From the NCBI RefSeq assembly GCF_009914755.1, contig NC_060936.1: a stretch of 64,000 nt of DNA, one strand, 5' to 3'. Positions 1 through 12,309 of the stretch are shown one piece after another; within the stretch, counting starts at the first letter, position 1; every line of letters starts with the position of its first letter. Under the pieces are notes generated by a model. It searched no databases, was not told the origin of the DNA, and saw only the letters and a list, made by a program, of their open reading frames with translations. Made by a program: the position numbers and the translations under genes. Source of the DNA: the human T2T-CHM13v2.0 reference genome, Homo sapiens.

Positions 1-789
1 AACCTCTGGGATACAAGAAAGGCTTGCTAAGAGGAAAGTTCATAGCCCTAAATACCTACATCAGGAAGTATGAGAGAGCACAGACAGACAATCTAAGGTC
101 ACACCTCAAGGAACTAGAGAAGCAAGAACAAAACCCAAACCCAGCAGAAGAAAGGAAATAACCAAGATCATCGCAGAACTGAATGAAATTGAAACAAAGA
201 AAAGACAAAAGATAAATGAAACAAAAAGCTGGTTCTTTGGAGAGAGAAATAAAATTGATAGACCATTAGCAAGAATAACCAAGAAAAGAAAAGAGAAAAT
301 CCAAGCAAGCTCAATTAGAAACATAATGGAAGATATTACAACTGACACTACAGAAATACAAGACATCATTTAAGGCTACTATGAATATCTTTATGCACAC
401 AAACTAGAAAACCTAGAGGAGATGGATAAATTCCTGGAAAGATACAACCATCCTAGCGTAAATCAGGAAGAATTAGATATCCTGAACGGACCAATAATAA
501 GCAGTGAGATTGAAATGGCAATTTAAAATTTACTGACAAAAACATTCCAGTACCAGATGGATTCACAGCAGAATTCTACCAGACATCCAAAGAATTGGTA
601 CCAATCCTATTGACACTATTCCACAAGATAAAGAGGGAATCCTCCCTAAATCATTCTATGAAGCCAGGATCACCCTAATACCAAAACCAGGGAAGGACAT
701 TACCAAAAAAGAAAACTACAGACCATTATCTCTGATGAACATAAATGCAAAAATCCTTAACAAAATACTATCTAACCAAATCCAACAAG

Positions 790-794
<5 letters not shown>

Positions 795-833
<39 letters not shown>
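795..833 (+). repeat. Pure A39 tract inside L1 ORF2
   Basis: Directly visible. Confidence 0.97.
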
Positions 834-836
<3 letters not shown>

Positions 837-2856
837 ACCATGATCAAGTGGGTTTCATATCAGGGATGCAGAGATGGCTTAACATGCAAGTCAGTAAATG
901 TGATGCACCACATAAACAGAATTAAAAACAAAAATTGCATGATCGCCTCAATAGACACAGAAAAAGCATTCAGCAAAATCCAGCATTCCTTTATGATTAA
1001 AATTCTCAGCAAAAGCAGCATACAAGGGACATATCTCAACGTAATAAAAGCCATCCATCTCTGACAAACCCACAGCCAACATAATACTGAATGGGGAAAA
1101 GTTGAAAGCATTCCTTCTGAGAACTGGAACAACATAAGGATGCCCATTCTCACCATTTCTCTTCAACGTAGTTCTGGGAGTCCTAGCCAGAGCAATCAGA
1201 CAAAAGAAAGAAATAAATGGCATCCAAATCAGCAAAGAGGAAGTCAAACTGTCGCTGTTTGCTGATGATAGGATTGTTTCCCTAAAAATCCCTAAAGACT
1301 CCTCCAGAAAGCTCCTAGAACTGATAAAAGAATTCAGCAAAGATTCCAGATACAAAATTAATGTACACAAATTAGTAGCTCTTCTATACATCAACAGCGA
1401 CCAAGCTGAGAATCAAATCAAGAACTCAACCTCTTCTACAATAGCTGCAAAAAAATAAAATAAAATATTTAGGAATGTATCTAACCAATGAGGTGAGAGA
1501 CCTCTACAAGGAAAACTACAAAAAGCTGCTGGAAAAAATCATAGACAACACAAACAAATGGAAACACATCTCATGCTCATGGATGAGTAGAATCAGTATT
1601 GTGAAAATGACTATACTGCCAAAAGCAATCTACAAATTAAACACAATTCTTACCAAAATACCACCATTATTCTTCCCAAAATTAGAAAAAACAATCCTAA
1701 AATTCGTATGGAACTAAAAAAGAGCCCACATAGCCAAAGCAAGACTACGCGAAATGAACAAATTTGGAGGCATCACATTACCTGACTTCGAACTATGTAA
1801 GGCCACAGTCACCAAAACAGCATGTTACTGGTATAAAAATAGGCACATAGACCAGTGGAACAGAATAGAGAACCCAAAAATAAACCCCAATACTTACAGC
1901 CAATTGCTCTTTGACAAAGCAAACAAAAACGTAAAGTGGGGATAGGACACCCTATTCAACAAATGGTGCTGGGATAATTGGCTAGCCACCTGTAGGAGAA
2001 TGAAACTGGATCTTCACCTCTCACCTTATATAAAAATCACCTCAAATGGATCAGGGACTTAAATCTAAGACCTGAAACGATAAAAATTCTAAAAGATAAC
2101 CTTGGAAAAACCCTTCTAGACATTGGCTTAGGCAAGGATTTTATGACCAAGAAGCCAAAAGCAAATGCAACAAAAACAGATAAATAGCTGGGACTAAAGA
2201 GCTGGGACTGCTGAGCTTTTGCACAGCAAAGGCACAGTCAGCAGAGTAAACAGACAACCCACAGAGTGGGAGAAAATCTTTACAAACTATACATCTGGCA
2301 AAGGACTAATATCCAGAATATATAACGAGCTCGAACAAATTAGCAAGAAAAAAACAATCTCATCAAAAAGTGGGCTAAGGACGTAAATAGAAAATTCTCA
2401 AAAGAAGATATACAAATGCCCAACAAACATATGAAAAAGTGCTCAACATAACTAATGATCAGGGAAATACAAATCAAAACCACAATGCGATACCACCTTA
2501 CTCCTGCAAAACTGGCCATAATAATAAAAAAAAATAGATGTTGGCATGGATGTGGTGAACAGGGAACACTTCTACACTGCTGGTGGGAACGTAAACTAGT
2601 ACAGCCACTGTGGAAAACAGTGTGGACATTCCTTAAAGAACTGAAAGTAGAACTACCATTTGATCCAGCAATCTCACTACTGGGTATCTACCCAGAGGAA
2701 AACTAGTCATTATAGGAACATGCATGTTTATAGCAGCACAATTCGCAATTGCAAAAATGTGGAACCAACCTAAATACCCATCAATCAATGAATGGATAAA
2801 GAAACTGTGGTATATACATATACATATATACACACACACGTTCCATATATATATTC

Positions 2857-2860
<4 letters not shown>

Positions 2861-2928
<68 letters not shown>
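2861..2928. repeat. (AT)34 microsatellite
   Basis: Directly visible. Confidence 0.97.
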
Positions 2929-2934
<6 letters not shown>

Positions 2935-3341
2935 GATGGAATACTACTGAGCCATACAAAGGAATGAATTAGTGTCATTTGCAGCAACCTGGATGAGATT
3001 GGAGACTGTTCTAAGTGAAGTAACTCAGGAATGGAAAACCAAACGTTGTATGTTCTCACTCATATATGGGAGCTAACCTATGAGGATGCAAAGGCATACG
3101 AATGACACAATGGACTTTGGGGACTCAGGGGGAAAGTCTGAGTAGGGAGTGAGGGATAAAAGACTACAAATTTGGTGCCATGTATACTGTTCAGGTGATG
3201 GGTGCACCAAATTCTCACAAATCACCACTAAAGAACTTACTCAGGTAACCAAACACCACCTGTTCCCCAATAACGTATGGATATAAAAAAAATAAAAGTA
3301 AAGGCAGTCTCACTGAACTGAGTTTTCTTGTTGTTGTTGAG

Positions 3342-3503
3342 TTTTTTTTTTTTTTTTTTAAAGACCGAATCTGACTTTGTCACCCAGACTGGAGTGCAGA
3401 CACAATTCTTGAACTTCTGGAATTCCTGGCCTCGGTCAAGTAATCCTCCCACCTGGGTCTCCCCAGGTGCTGGGATTACAGGCATGAGCTGCTGCGCTGG
3501 GCC
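3342..3503 (-). mobile_element. Old Alu monomer (FLAM/FAM-like)
   Basis: Poly-T followed by reverse Alu sequence ending gctgggattacaggcatgagc. Confidence 0.8.
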
Positions 3504-3640
3504 CTGAACTGAATATTAAAGGTGAATAGTGGTTGGGGATAGGATGTGAAGTAGTAAAATTTGAGATTGAGCAGGGAAAAGAGTGACTACATGATTATTG
3601 TCATCACCATATCATAGTCACCATGCAGCCAGGCACAGTA

Positions 3641-5887
3641 CAGGATACCTCAGAGATATTGTGAATTCAGTTCTAGACCACCACCATAAAGTGAATATCA
3701 AAAAAAGGCAGGTCACACTTTTTTTTTGTTTTCCAGAGCATGTAAAAGTTATGTTTACACTCTGCTGTAGTCTGTTAAGTGTGCAATATCATTATGTCTT
3801 TAAAAAAGTATATACCTTAATTTAAAAATACTTTATTGCTAAAAAGTGCTAACGTTCATTTGATCTTTCAGCGAGTTATAATATTTTTGCTGGTGGAAGG
3901 TCTTGCCTTGACATTGATGGTTGCTGACTGACCAGGGTGGTAATTGCTAAGGATTGAGGTAGCTGTGGCAATTTCTTAACATAAGACAGCAATGAAATTT
4001 GCCACACCAATGGACTCTTTCTTTCAGGAAAGATTTGTCTATAGCATGAAATGCTAGTTGATAGCATAGCATTTTACCCATTGTAGAACTTATTTCAAAA
4101 TTGGAGTCAATCCTTTTAAACCTTGCCACTACTTTACCAAATGAGTTTATGCAATGTTCTAAATCCTTTGTGGCTGTTTCAACAATGCTCACAGTATCTT
4201 CACCAACAGATTCCATCTCAAGAACCCACTTTCTTTGCGTATCACTGAGAAGCAACTCCCCATCTGTTCAAGTTTGATCATGAGATTGGGACAATTCAGT
4301 CACATCTTCGGGTTCCATTTTTAAATTCTAGTTCCCTTGCTACTTGTAGCACATCTGCAGTTACTTCCTCCACTAATGTGTTGAACCCCTTAAAGTAATG
4401 CATGAAGGTTGGAATTAACTTATGCTAAACTTCTCTTAATATTATTTTGACCTCTTCCCATGAATCATGAATGTTCTTAATGGAATCTAGAATGGTGAAT
4501 CCTTTCCAGAATGTTTTCAATTTACTTTGCCCTGATCCATCAGAGAAATCATCTTTGTGGCAGCTATAGCCTTACAAATTGTTTTAAAGAATAAGACTTA
4601 AAAGTTGAAATGACTCCTTGATCCATGGGCTGCAGAAGGGATATTGTATTAGCAAAGTGGAAACAACGTTAATCTCCTTATATAGTTCCATGAGAGCTCT
4701 TTGATGAGGAGGTGCATTGTCAATCAGCAGTAATATTTTGAAAGAAATCTTAAGGGCCCTAGGATTTTCATAAGAGTAAATGACCATTGGCTTCAACTTA
4801 AAGTCACCGGCTGCATTATCCCCTAACAAGAGAGTCAGCCTGTCTTTTGAAGCTTTGAAGCCAGGCACTGACTTCTCCTCTCTGGCTATGAAAGTCCTAC
4901 ATGGCATCTTCTTCTAACAGAAGACTGTTTCATTTACATTGAAAACCTGTTGTTTAGTGTAGCCACCTCCATTGATGATCTTAGCTAGATCTTCTGGAAC
5001 ACATGCTTCAGCTTCTTCATCAGCACTTGGCACTTCACTTTTGCACTTTTGTGTTATGGAGATGGCTTCTTTCCTTAAACCTCATGAATCAACTTCTGTT
5101 AGTTTCAGATTTTATTCTGTAGCTTCCTCACCTCCCACAACCTTCATAGAATTGAAGAAAGTTGGGACCTTTCTCTGGTTAAAGCTTTGGCTTAAGGAAA
5201 TATTGTAGCTGGTTCGGTCTTCTATCTAGACCACTTAAACTTTCTCTATATCAGCAATAAGGCTCTTTTATTTCCTTATCATGTGTGGGTTCCCTAGAGT
5301 AGCACTTGCATTCATAACTTGGCTGTTTGGTGCAAGAGGCCTAGCTTTTGGCCTGTCTTGACTTTTGACATGCCTTCCTCACTAAGCTTAATCATTTTTA
5401 GCTTTTGATTTAAAGTGAGAGTTGTGTGACTTCTCCTTTCACCTGAACACCTACAAACTAGGCTTATTAATTGGCTGAATCTTGTTGTGTCTCAGGGAAT
5501 AGGAAAGCTTGAGGAGAGGCAGAGAGGTGGGAAAACAGCCAACAGCCAATTGGTGGAGTGGTCAGAACACATACAACATTTATCAATTAAGTTTACTGTC
5601 TTATATGGGCACAGTTCTTGGTGCCCCCAAACAATTACACTAATAATGTCAAAGATCACAGATCACCATAACAGATATAATAATAATGAAAACTTTCAAA
5701 ATATTGCAAGAATTACCAAAATGTGACACAGAGACACAAAGTGAACACATGCTGTTGGAAAAATTGTACTGATAGCCTTGCTCAGTGATAGCCATGCAGG
5801 GTTGACACAAACCTTCAATTTGTAAAATATGCAATTTCTGTGAAGCACAATGAAGCAAAGTGGAATAAAACAAACAAGGTTTGCCTA
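3641..5887 (-). mobile_element. Tigger1 DNA transposon, near full length, degenerate transposase
   Basis: Termini caggatacctc and aaggtttgccta with TA on both sides (3639-40, 5888-89). ORF 4584-4907 [26 protein letters not shown]...[11 protein letters not shown] matches the Tigger1 DDE transposase. Confidence 0.92.
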
Positions 5888-5904
5888 TACTAAACACTTT
5901 ATAC

Positions 5905-6080
5905 ATATTAACTCATTTATCTTCACAATAATACTATAAGGTTGGTACTACTATTATCCCAGTTTTACTGATGGGCACATAGAATTTAAGTAACTTTCCT
6001 AAGGCGGCACAACTATCAGAGTGTTGAGGCTGAGATGCAATGATCCAAGCTGGATGATTCCAAAGCTTTGCTGTTAACCT
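5905..6080 (-). mobile_element. MIR
   Basis: MIR core: ctattatcccagttttactgatg...ttaagtaactttcctaagg. Confidence 0.7.
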
Positions 6081-6312
6081 TTAAGTTCAACTAGTTGCCC
6101 TTCATGAACCTGATATTCCATGCAACGTCATGTCACCTGGCTATCCTTAGATGAAAATGAGGCCGAAAAACAAGTATTCCATTTTTCTTTAGTGCATGGT
6201 AGCAAGGAATATTTGAGTCAAGAATTACTGTTGGGTCAGCAAACTTGCCACAGCCGGAGAGGAGGCAATTGGAAACATCTAGAGGCGAAATGATGTGAAA
6301 TTTAATGAAATG

Positions 6313-6473
6313 GGTCAGGCGAGGTGGCTTACACCTGTAATTCTAGCACTTTGGGAGGCAGAGGTCGGAGGATCACTTTAGCCCAGGAGGTCAAGGCTGC
6401 AGTGAGCTGTTATTGTGCCACTGCACTCCAGCCTGGGTGACAGAATGAAACTTTGTCTCAAAGAAAAAAAGAA
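6313..6473 (+). mobile_element. Alu monomer (FRAM-like)
   Basis: Single arm with gaggtcaaggctgcagtgagc and A tail. Confidence 0.85.
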
Positions 6474-6548
6474 ATGAATGGCAAAAAGATTTAAATGAAG
6501 AAAGAAAATGTTGCCAGGGTTGAATCTGTAGGACTGGATGATTTTATA

Positions 6549-6782
6549 GGGCAGTTCTTAACTGGAGATAACTGGAGACAGTCTCCCCCTCCCCAGGGGA
6601 CATTTGGCAATGTCTGGATATTTTTTGAGATTGTCATAAACATGGGAAGGGGTTCCCTACTGGTATCTAGCAGCTGAAGGCCAAGGATGCTGCTAAACAT
6701 CCTACAATGTGCAGAACCTCTCCCACAACAAATAATTATCTGGCCCAAAATGTCAGTAGTGCTGAGGCTGAGACCCTCAGTT
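6549..6782. mobile_element. MER20 (hAT-Charlie)
   Basis: ggggacatttggcaatgtctgga...gatgctgctaaacatcctacaatg...ggcccaaaatgtcagtagtgc. Confidence 0.85.
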
Positions 6783-7189
6783 ATAGAGGATAAGGGTCTT
6801 GAATGTAGGATCACTTCATTTTCTGGTTTGGTGACCGGGGAAGATGCCCACTTACCAAAATGGAGACTTAAAGGAAGAACAGCAGGTTTTACATCGGGGT
6901 CTGAACAAAAAGATGGAGATAGATTTGCTGGTTATTTATGGAATGTTCCAGGGAGAATATTTAGTGAGAAGAGAAATGACTTAAGAACAAAGTGCAGGGG
7001 GATGCCAACATTTAAGGAAGTGAATAAAAGAAAGAGGACCTGTGCGTGACTGAAAATAAGCAGCCAGGATTTGAAGACAAACCAAGAGAGAATGGTGCCA
7101 TGGAAGACACAGGAGAGAGTGTCAGAAAGAAGGATGGCAGACTTTGGTAAAGAACTGCTGTATTCTCACCAGTTTATTTTTCCAACTGG

Positions 7190-7530
7190 AAGACAGCTAC
7201 AATGTATTTTCCAGCCTTCCTTGCAGGCTGTGTTATGGCCGATGGAATAAAGGTAGAAGGATAAATTTCTCGCTGGCCCTGTCCCCTTCTAACAACTACA
7301 CTCTTCACTCCTCAGCTGCCAGATGCAGAGCTCCAGTGGAGGGCCTTAAGTCCGTAGGAGATGGTGGAGCCACAAGATGAAAGGAGCCTAAGGCCCCGGG
7401 TCACCACAAGGAAGGACAACAAGCAAATACATGAGGAGATCATGACCTAAATGAAAACTAAACTTTTATTGGGTAATCCCATTAAGATTTAGGAGTTGGT
7501 TTCTACAGCTTATCCTCACCGACCTTAATA
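7190..7530 (+). mobile_element. MLT1-type MaLR LTR
   Basis: ggagatggtggagccacaagatgaaaggagcc motif and MLT1-like 3' end. Confidence 0.6.
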
Positions 7531-8129
7531 TACTAACTCTAAAAATGCCTCAGACCAAAAAAAAAAAGTAACTTGATCATGAGTGACTTGGGCAAGAGCC
7601 TCTTTTCATGGGGGCAAGGGAGCCAGAAACTAGTTTATGGACTGCTGAATGCCAATAGAAGGTAAAAGGAGGAGAGGGGGAGGTTGAAGAAACACAAAGG
7701 GAAAGCTAAAGGAAATCATGTGGTTAAAAGAAAGAGTCAAGGATATTTATATGATGAGAGAAAAGGGGCACTGCAGAGGAGAGGCTGAAGGTCAAGGATA
7801 GATGGGGGTGTTTGAGGAAGCAAAGTTCTTGAGGAGGAAGGAAGAAGTAGGATCCATAGTCCAAGTGGGGCAATTAAAATTGAACAAAGAAGGGGCAAAG
7901 TTTTTCCTCACATGAGAGAAAAGAGATAAAAATATATGGATTCAGAGAGACTTTGTGAGGAGGGGGAAGAAAAACATTAGAATTCTTGCCTCATGATTTC
8001 TGGGGTTTTTTTTGGTGAAGAAGCCGTGAGAATAGAGGAAAGAAAGTGGGCTCTGTGTTAAGAGATCTGGGTTTGAAATTCATCTGTACAACTGATTAGC
8101 TACGTGTGGTAGATCAATTTCATTTATAG

Positions 8130-8515
8130 TCCAAATTTATGAGTTCCCTCCCCCCTACAATTTTGTAGTTCACTCTCATTCTGACTCTGGGCTCAATCAT
8201 GGGACTTCCTTCAGCCCATAGGATAGCAAGCAGAGGCTTGAAGGACATTTGGGTGTTTCTACTTCATTTCATGGACTCTTGTGGTTTCTGTGAAAATAGA
8301 CCTGGTGTAGCCCATGGAAGGAGATAAGAGACCACATAGAATAAAGCAGGATTGTCCCAAGATCCCAGCTGACCTGCCAGCTGACAGCAGATGCATGACT
8401 GAGTCCAGTCCAGAGCAGCAGAACCAGCCAATGGACCCAGAACTCATAGGAAATTATTCTAGTTAATTATTTTAAGCCAATAAACTGGGGTGGTTTGTTA
8501 TACAAGTATACTGGA
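8130..8515 (+). mobile_element. MLT1-type LTR nested in a MIR (MIR pieces about 8045-8120 and 8520-8660)
   Basis: ccagctgacagcagatgcatgactgagtccag...ttttaagcca...ggggtggtttgttatac; MIR motifs on both sides. Confidence 0.65.
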
Positions 8516-8804
8516 CACTCATGGGACAGTTGTTTAACCTCTCTTAGAATCCATTTTCTCTTAGGTGAAATGGGATATTTATCCCTAACTCATAGCGCTA
8601 TTTTGATGTGTAAATACGATAATGCATTCAAAACATCTTGCTCAGTGTCTGACACTTAAAAGCAAATCAGAGTCATTGTTAACAGAAAGCTAAAAATGAG
8701 GTCATCAGCTGAGATTGAGGGCAAGAGACTAGAGTAAGCTGTAGTGAGGAGAGGAGCTAGGGGAAGGTCTGAAATAGCCATCTGAGAAGTAAGAGAATGT
8801 AGAA

Positions 8805-8980
8805 TGTATTATTCTGTTTTCACACGGCTGTAAAGAACTGCCCAATGCTGGATAATTTATAAAGAAAAGGGGTTTAATTGGTTCATAGTTCCGCAGGGTT
8901 GGGAAGGCTTACAACGGGAAACTTTGTAACTTACAGGAAACTTAACAACAATCATGGCAGGAGGGGAAGAGGCACATCTT
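8805..8980 (-). mobile_element. THE1/MST LTR (THE1D-like), 3' part, split by the RACGAP1 retrocopy
   Basis: Begins tgtattattctgttttcacac; continuous with 12080-12309 across the TSD GCACATCTT. Confidence 0.9.
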
Positions 8981-11900
8981 TTTTTTTTTTTTTTTTTCTA
9001 TTTTGAAAAAGCTATTTACTTTTTTCCAAATATTATTCTAAATAGGTGTTTTACAGATAAGGGTCAATATGAAGTCAAACATTCTAGAGAAGAAAATCAT
9101 TTTTACAGAAATTAAGAATAATTTTAACAGAAGAAAAACCTCCTATCTGTCTAGATGTGGCTGTGTTCCATGGGAAAATTTCAGCATCCAAAGTGCAAAG
9201 AAAAAATGACTGTGGCTTTTCTTACCACAGAAAATATTGACCATCTTCCCTTATAGCCTATTCTTTATTGTTAGTTGGGATGCCAAAGGACGACATATTG
9301 ACCTTTGGAAGTTGGGCTCCACTGGACAAGGTTGGGAGTATGGGGGTCAAGCATCAGAATGAATTCAATTTTAAAAGAAAAACTGACTTTGACCCCAAAT
9401 TAACCCAAGGTTCAGCCAATGGCACATCAGAGATAAATATGCGTTGTACTTTCACATTTACAAGGTTGTGCCACTCAACACTATTAAAGACCTAATCATC
9501 CAAATCAAAGCTACACATACTCCCATCACTAGTTCTGTCCTCAATGCATCCCATTTTTATGAAAGCTCCATATTATAGCTCAGTTCATAATGGGGAATGA
9601 GAACTTCCAGTTCTTAGAAGGAGGCATCCTAAATCTTCTGGTGTAATCCTTTCTTCGCCCCACCCTCCCACTTCCCACCCTGAGACAAGCCAATCTTATC
9701 AGATAGGTAGGGTTTCTGTCATTGTCTCATGGAAATCAGTTGAATGAAACTAGAGAAAGATCGTTCATTCCATGAGCAGCATTTGGCTTTAAGCCAAAGG
9801 GATAGTAACCCCCTTCCCCCAAAAGAATCACAATCAATTCCATACTAACCCTTCTACTCCTGGAAAGATGTCTCATCTAAAAGCTCCCAACAGTGACCAG
9901 AACAAGGTACTGATATTATGTGACTCGAGGAGAAGGAAGGGGAGATATATAAAATTTTAGTAAAACCCTCATGCAAAATTAAACTTGAGTAAAAGCCTGG
10001 AGAATGCTAAAAATAGTAATGAGAAGAGGAGGCTGTAGAGCAGAGAGTACAGGTGCATCCTTTCTTATAGTCAATCAATGCTGGGAGTAATAGGTAGATG
10101 TGACTTCACTTGAGCATTGAAGAAGCAAAAAGGTTGCCTTGCCTTCCTAGGTTAGTGGCAGACTTGCCTTTGCTCCCAAATCTGGGAGTGTTCTTTGTGA
10201 GGGTGGAACAGACTCCCTGTGACAGGGAACTAGATGAAGGAGTCTTGAGAAGCTGATGATCAGGAGTGGTCACAGGTCCCAGTAAACTCACTTTAATATC
10301 TGGTGTTGAAAAGGCATTTGAGTTTTCAGTGACATGTAGGGGGTCAATGTTCTCTGCTCCACTATTGAGAACTGACTCCAGTACTCCAGGGGCAAGGAAG
10401 GCAGGCGCTCGACCACCTTGGGTTGACACTTGATGTCCTGTAACATCGTCACTGGTTCTGGATTGGGCACAGCATGGGCCACTATTGTAGAGCCAAAGAC
10501 TTCAGCCAGATTGGCAACATTCATTTTAGTATATGGACTCTGAGCCACTCTCTGCAAGTGAATCATGAGGAAAACCAATGTGTCCCTGTTGGCCTGGGGC
10601 AGTTCACCAACAGCCTGGTACATGGCAGATATGCTGTTGTCTTCATCTGTGATTTCTGCTGCTTCCATAAAGGCTTTGTTTAGGCGAAAGGTCAGAAGAG
10701 GTTCTTTGAAGTTTCGAAGAAAGTCTTTAAGAAGGCTACAGATAGCATGGATATCATCCACTTTGCTGACGAGGGGTACAGTTTTCACTCTGAGGAATTT
10801 CTCTTTCAGCTTTTACTGTGCTGTCACAGCCCAAGATCCTATACAGGCCTGTCTCAGTAAGACCTCTCTGCTCAATCTCATTTACACAATGCACAACAAT
10901 GCGGGGGATCATTGGAAAAGTCTGGGACACAAAGTCGGCCAGCATTCCCTCTCCAATCTTGACAGGTGTTCCTATCAGGGTAGGAATGCAGGGAAGGGGA
11001 CAGTGGTCCCGACATTCTGGACGAGAGATCACACAACAGTCCTGACACTTCAGAGATAGTTTCCCAAATTTTATCTGCTTTCCACATGGAACATAGAATT
11101 CAGGTTTAATAACCGTCTTAGAGACAAAGTCATTCAGGCACATCCCTCTGTTACTCTGTGGCGTGCCCACATTGTCTCAGTTCTTGGCTCCAGCTGCCTG
11201 CTGTTCAGGGTGGGGTCACTGTTCCAAGGTTGTAAAGTACCTGTTTTCCTTTGGCTCCTGGTCCAGTATGGCACAGTCTCAATAGTGGGCACAGCTTTGA
11301 TGGGCCCGCCATCCTTGGGAACAGTCACTGTAGTTTTTGCAACTATGGATTCATTCCCCCTGGTCTACTGTGGAGCCAATGGAACGAGTTTCCTTTACAG
11401 GTCCAGAGGGACCATCAACAAACTGTCGGCTACTAGAGCACCTCTTTTCTCTCTGCTTCCGCTTGAAAGTCTTCACCAAAGAAGAGTCGCAATCCAGTGA
11501 TTCATCAGTCTTGTCAAAGCTGATACCTGATAAAATGGAACCAGATTCATCGCTAATTTAAAGTCTTTTGTTCCCAGCATTGCTGCTGGATGGTTGGCCT
11601 CTGTTGAGAAAAGCCAAAGCTGATTTTTGCTCCCCGCTTAGTTGAATGCTGCCAGATATGTCACACAGGAACATCTCTCCAATCAGCTGAATCTGTTACT
11701 CCAGCTTTTCGCAGTTAGCCTCAGCTCTCCGTTTGGATGTCTGCATCCACCTGATTATGTGCATGCTTCAGCTTAACATCCAGAGCACTTCACTCAGTCT
11801 CTGCTTTTATCAAAAGATCCTTGTATTTCCCCAGCTCATAGTCAGTCCTCTCCCACTTTTTAAAGAAATCCTCAAAGTCCTTCACCAACTGGATAAATTG

Positions 11901-12079
11901 GAGTTCGTTTCCTTCCTTGAGAATCTCCGCCCCGCGCACAAGCTGCTCAAACAGATTCCGCATATTCAGCATAGTAGTATCCATCTTTTTCAGTCAGCCT
12001 GGCCTCACCTGGGCAGCCCTTCACTTTGCTCTGCACCTCAATCAAGGGCAGAGCAGCAGCCGCGGGGCCAGCTCCTGAC
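8981..12079 (-). pseudogene. RACGAP1P1: Processed pseudogene of RACGAP1 (MgcRacGAP/CYK4) with 5'UTR, CDS 11984-10106, 3'UTR and poly(A)
   Basis: Intronless. Translations match RACGAP1 from MDTTMLN.. through the C1 domain (KTVIKPE..C..CGK) and RhoGAP domain (GLTETGLYR) to ..[13 protein letters not shown]. Stop at codon 65 plus frameshifts. Poly-T 8978-8998; 9-bp TSD GCACATCTT (8972-80, 12080-88) at a TT/AAGA L1 endonuclease site. Symbol assigned from memory. Confidence 0.95.
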
Positions 12080-12309
12080 GCACATCTTAACATGGCGGCA
12101 GGTGAGAGAGAACAAGCGTGAGAAGGAGGAACTATCAGACACTTACAAAACCAAATCTCGTGAAAACTCACTATCAGGAGAACAGCATGGGGAACAGCGC
12201 CCCCATGATCCAATCACCTCCCACCAGGTCTCTCCCTCTGCACCTGGGGACTATGGGGATCACAATTCAAGATGAGATTTGTATGGGAACACAAAGCCTA
12301 ACCATATCA
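12080..12309 (-). mobile_element. THE1/MST LTR, 5' (U3/promoter) part
   Basis: gagaacagcatgggga...cccatgatccaatcacctcccaccagg...aaccatatca terminus. Confidence 0.9.

Larger units (their letters stand above)
1..3297 (+). mobile_element. LINE-1 (L1PB-like), degenerate ORF2 plus 3' UTR, runs off the window start
   Basis: ORF fragments match L1 ORF2 ([18 protein letters not shown]; FGGITLPDF; [14 protein letters not shown]) with many stops and frameshifts. L1PB-type 3' UTR (gaggatgcaaaggcata...aaacaccacctgttcccc) and A-rich tail at about 3285-3297. Confidence 0.93.

Noticed and set aside
2633-3059. YIYIYI and similar low-complexity ORFs (also 17609, 26636, 51448, 63598)
   Set aside because: Translations of (TA)n, (CA)n and Alu sequence.
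4584-4907. TIGD1-like domesticated transposase
   Set aside because: Fragmented ORF with a deletion, inside an ordinary Tigger1 copy.
10288-11170. C1 and RhoGAP ORFs as an intact gene
   Set aside because: Frameshifted pieces of a processed pseudogene; the GAP domain is split shortly after the GLYR arginine motif.
11733-12275. 180-aa plus-strand ORF (also 10565-11059)
   Set aside because: Antisense shadow frames of the RACGAP1 retrocopy and LTR, with no recognisable domain.
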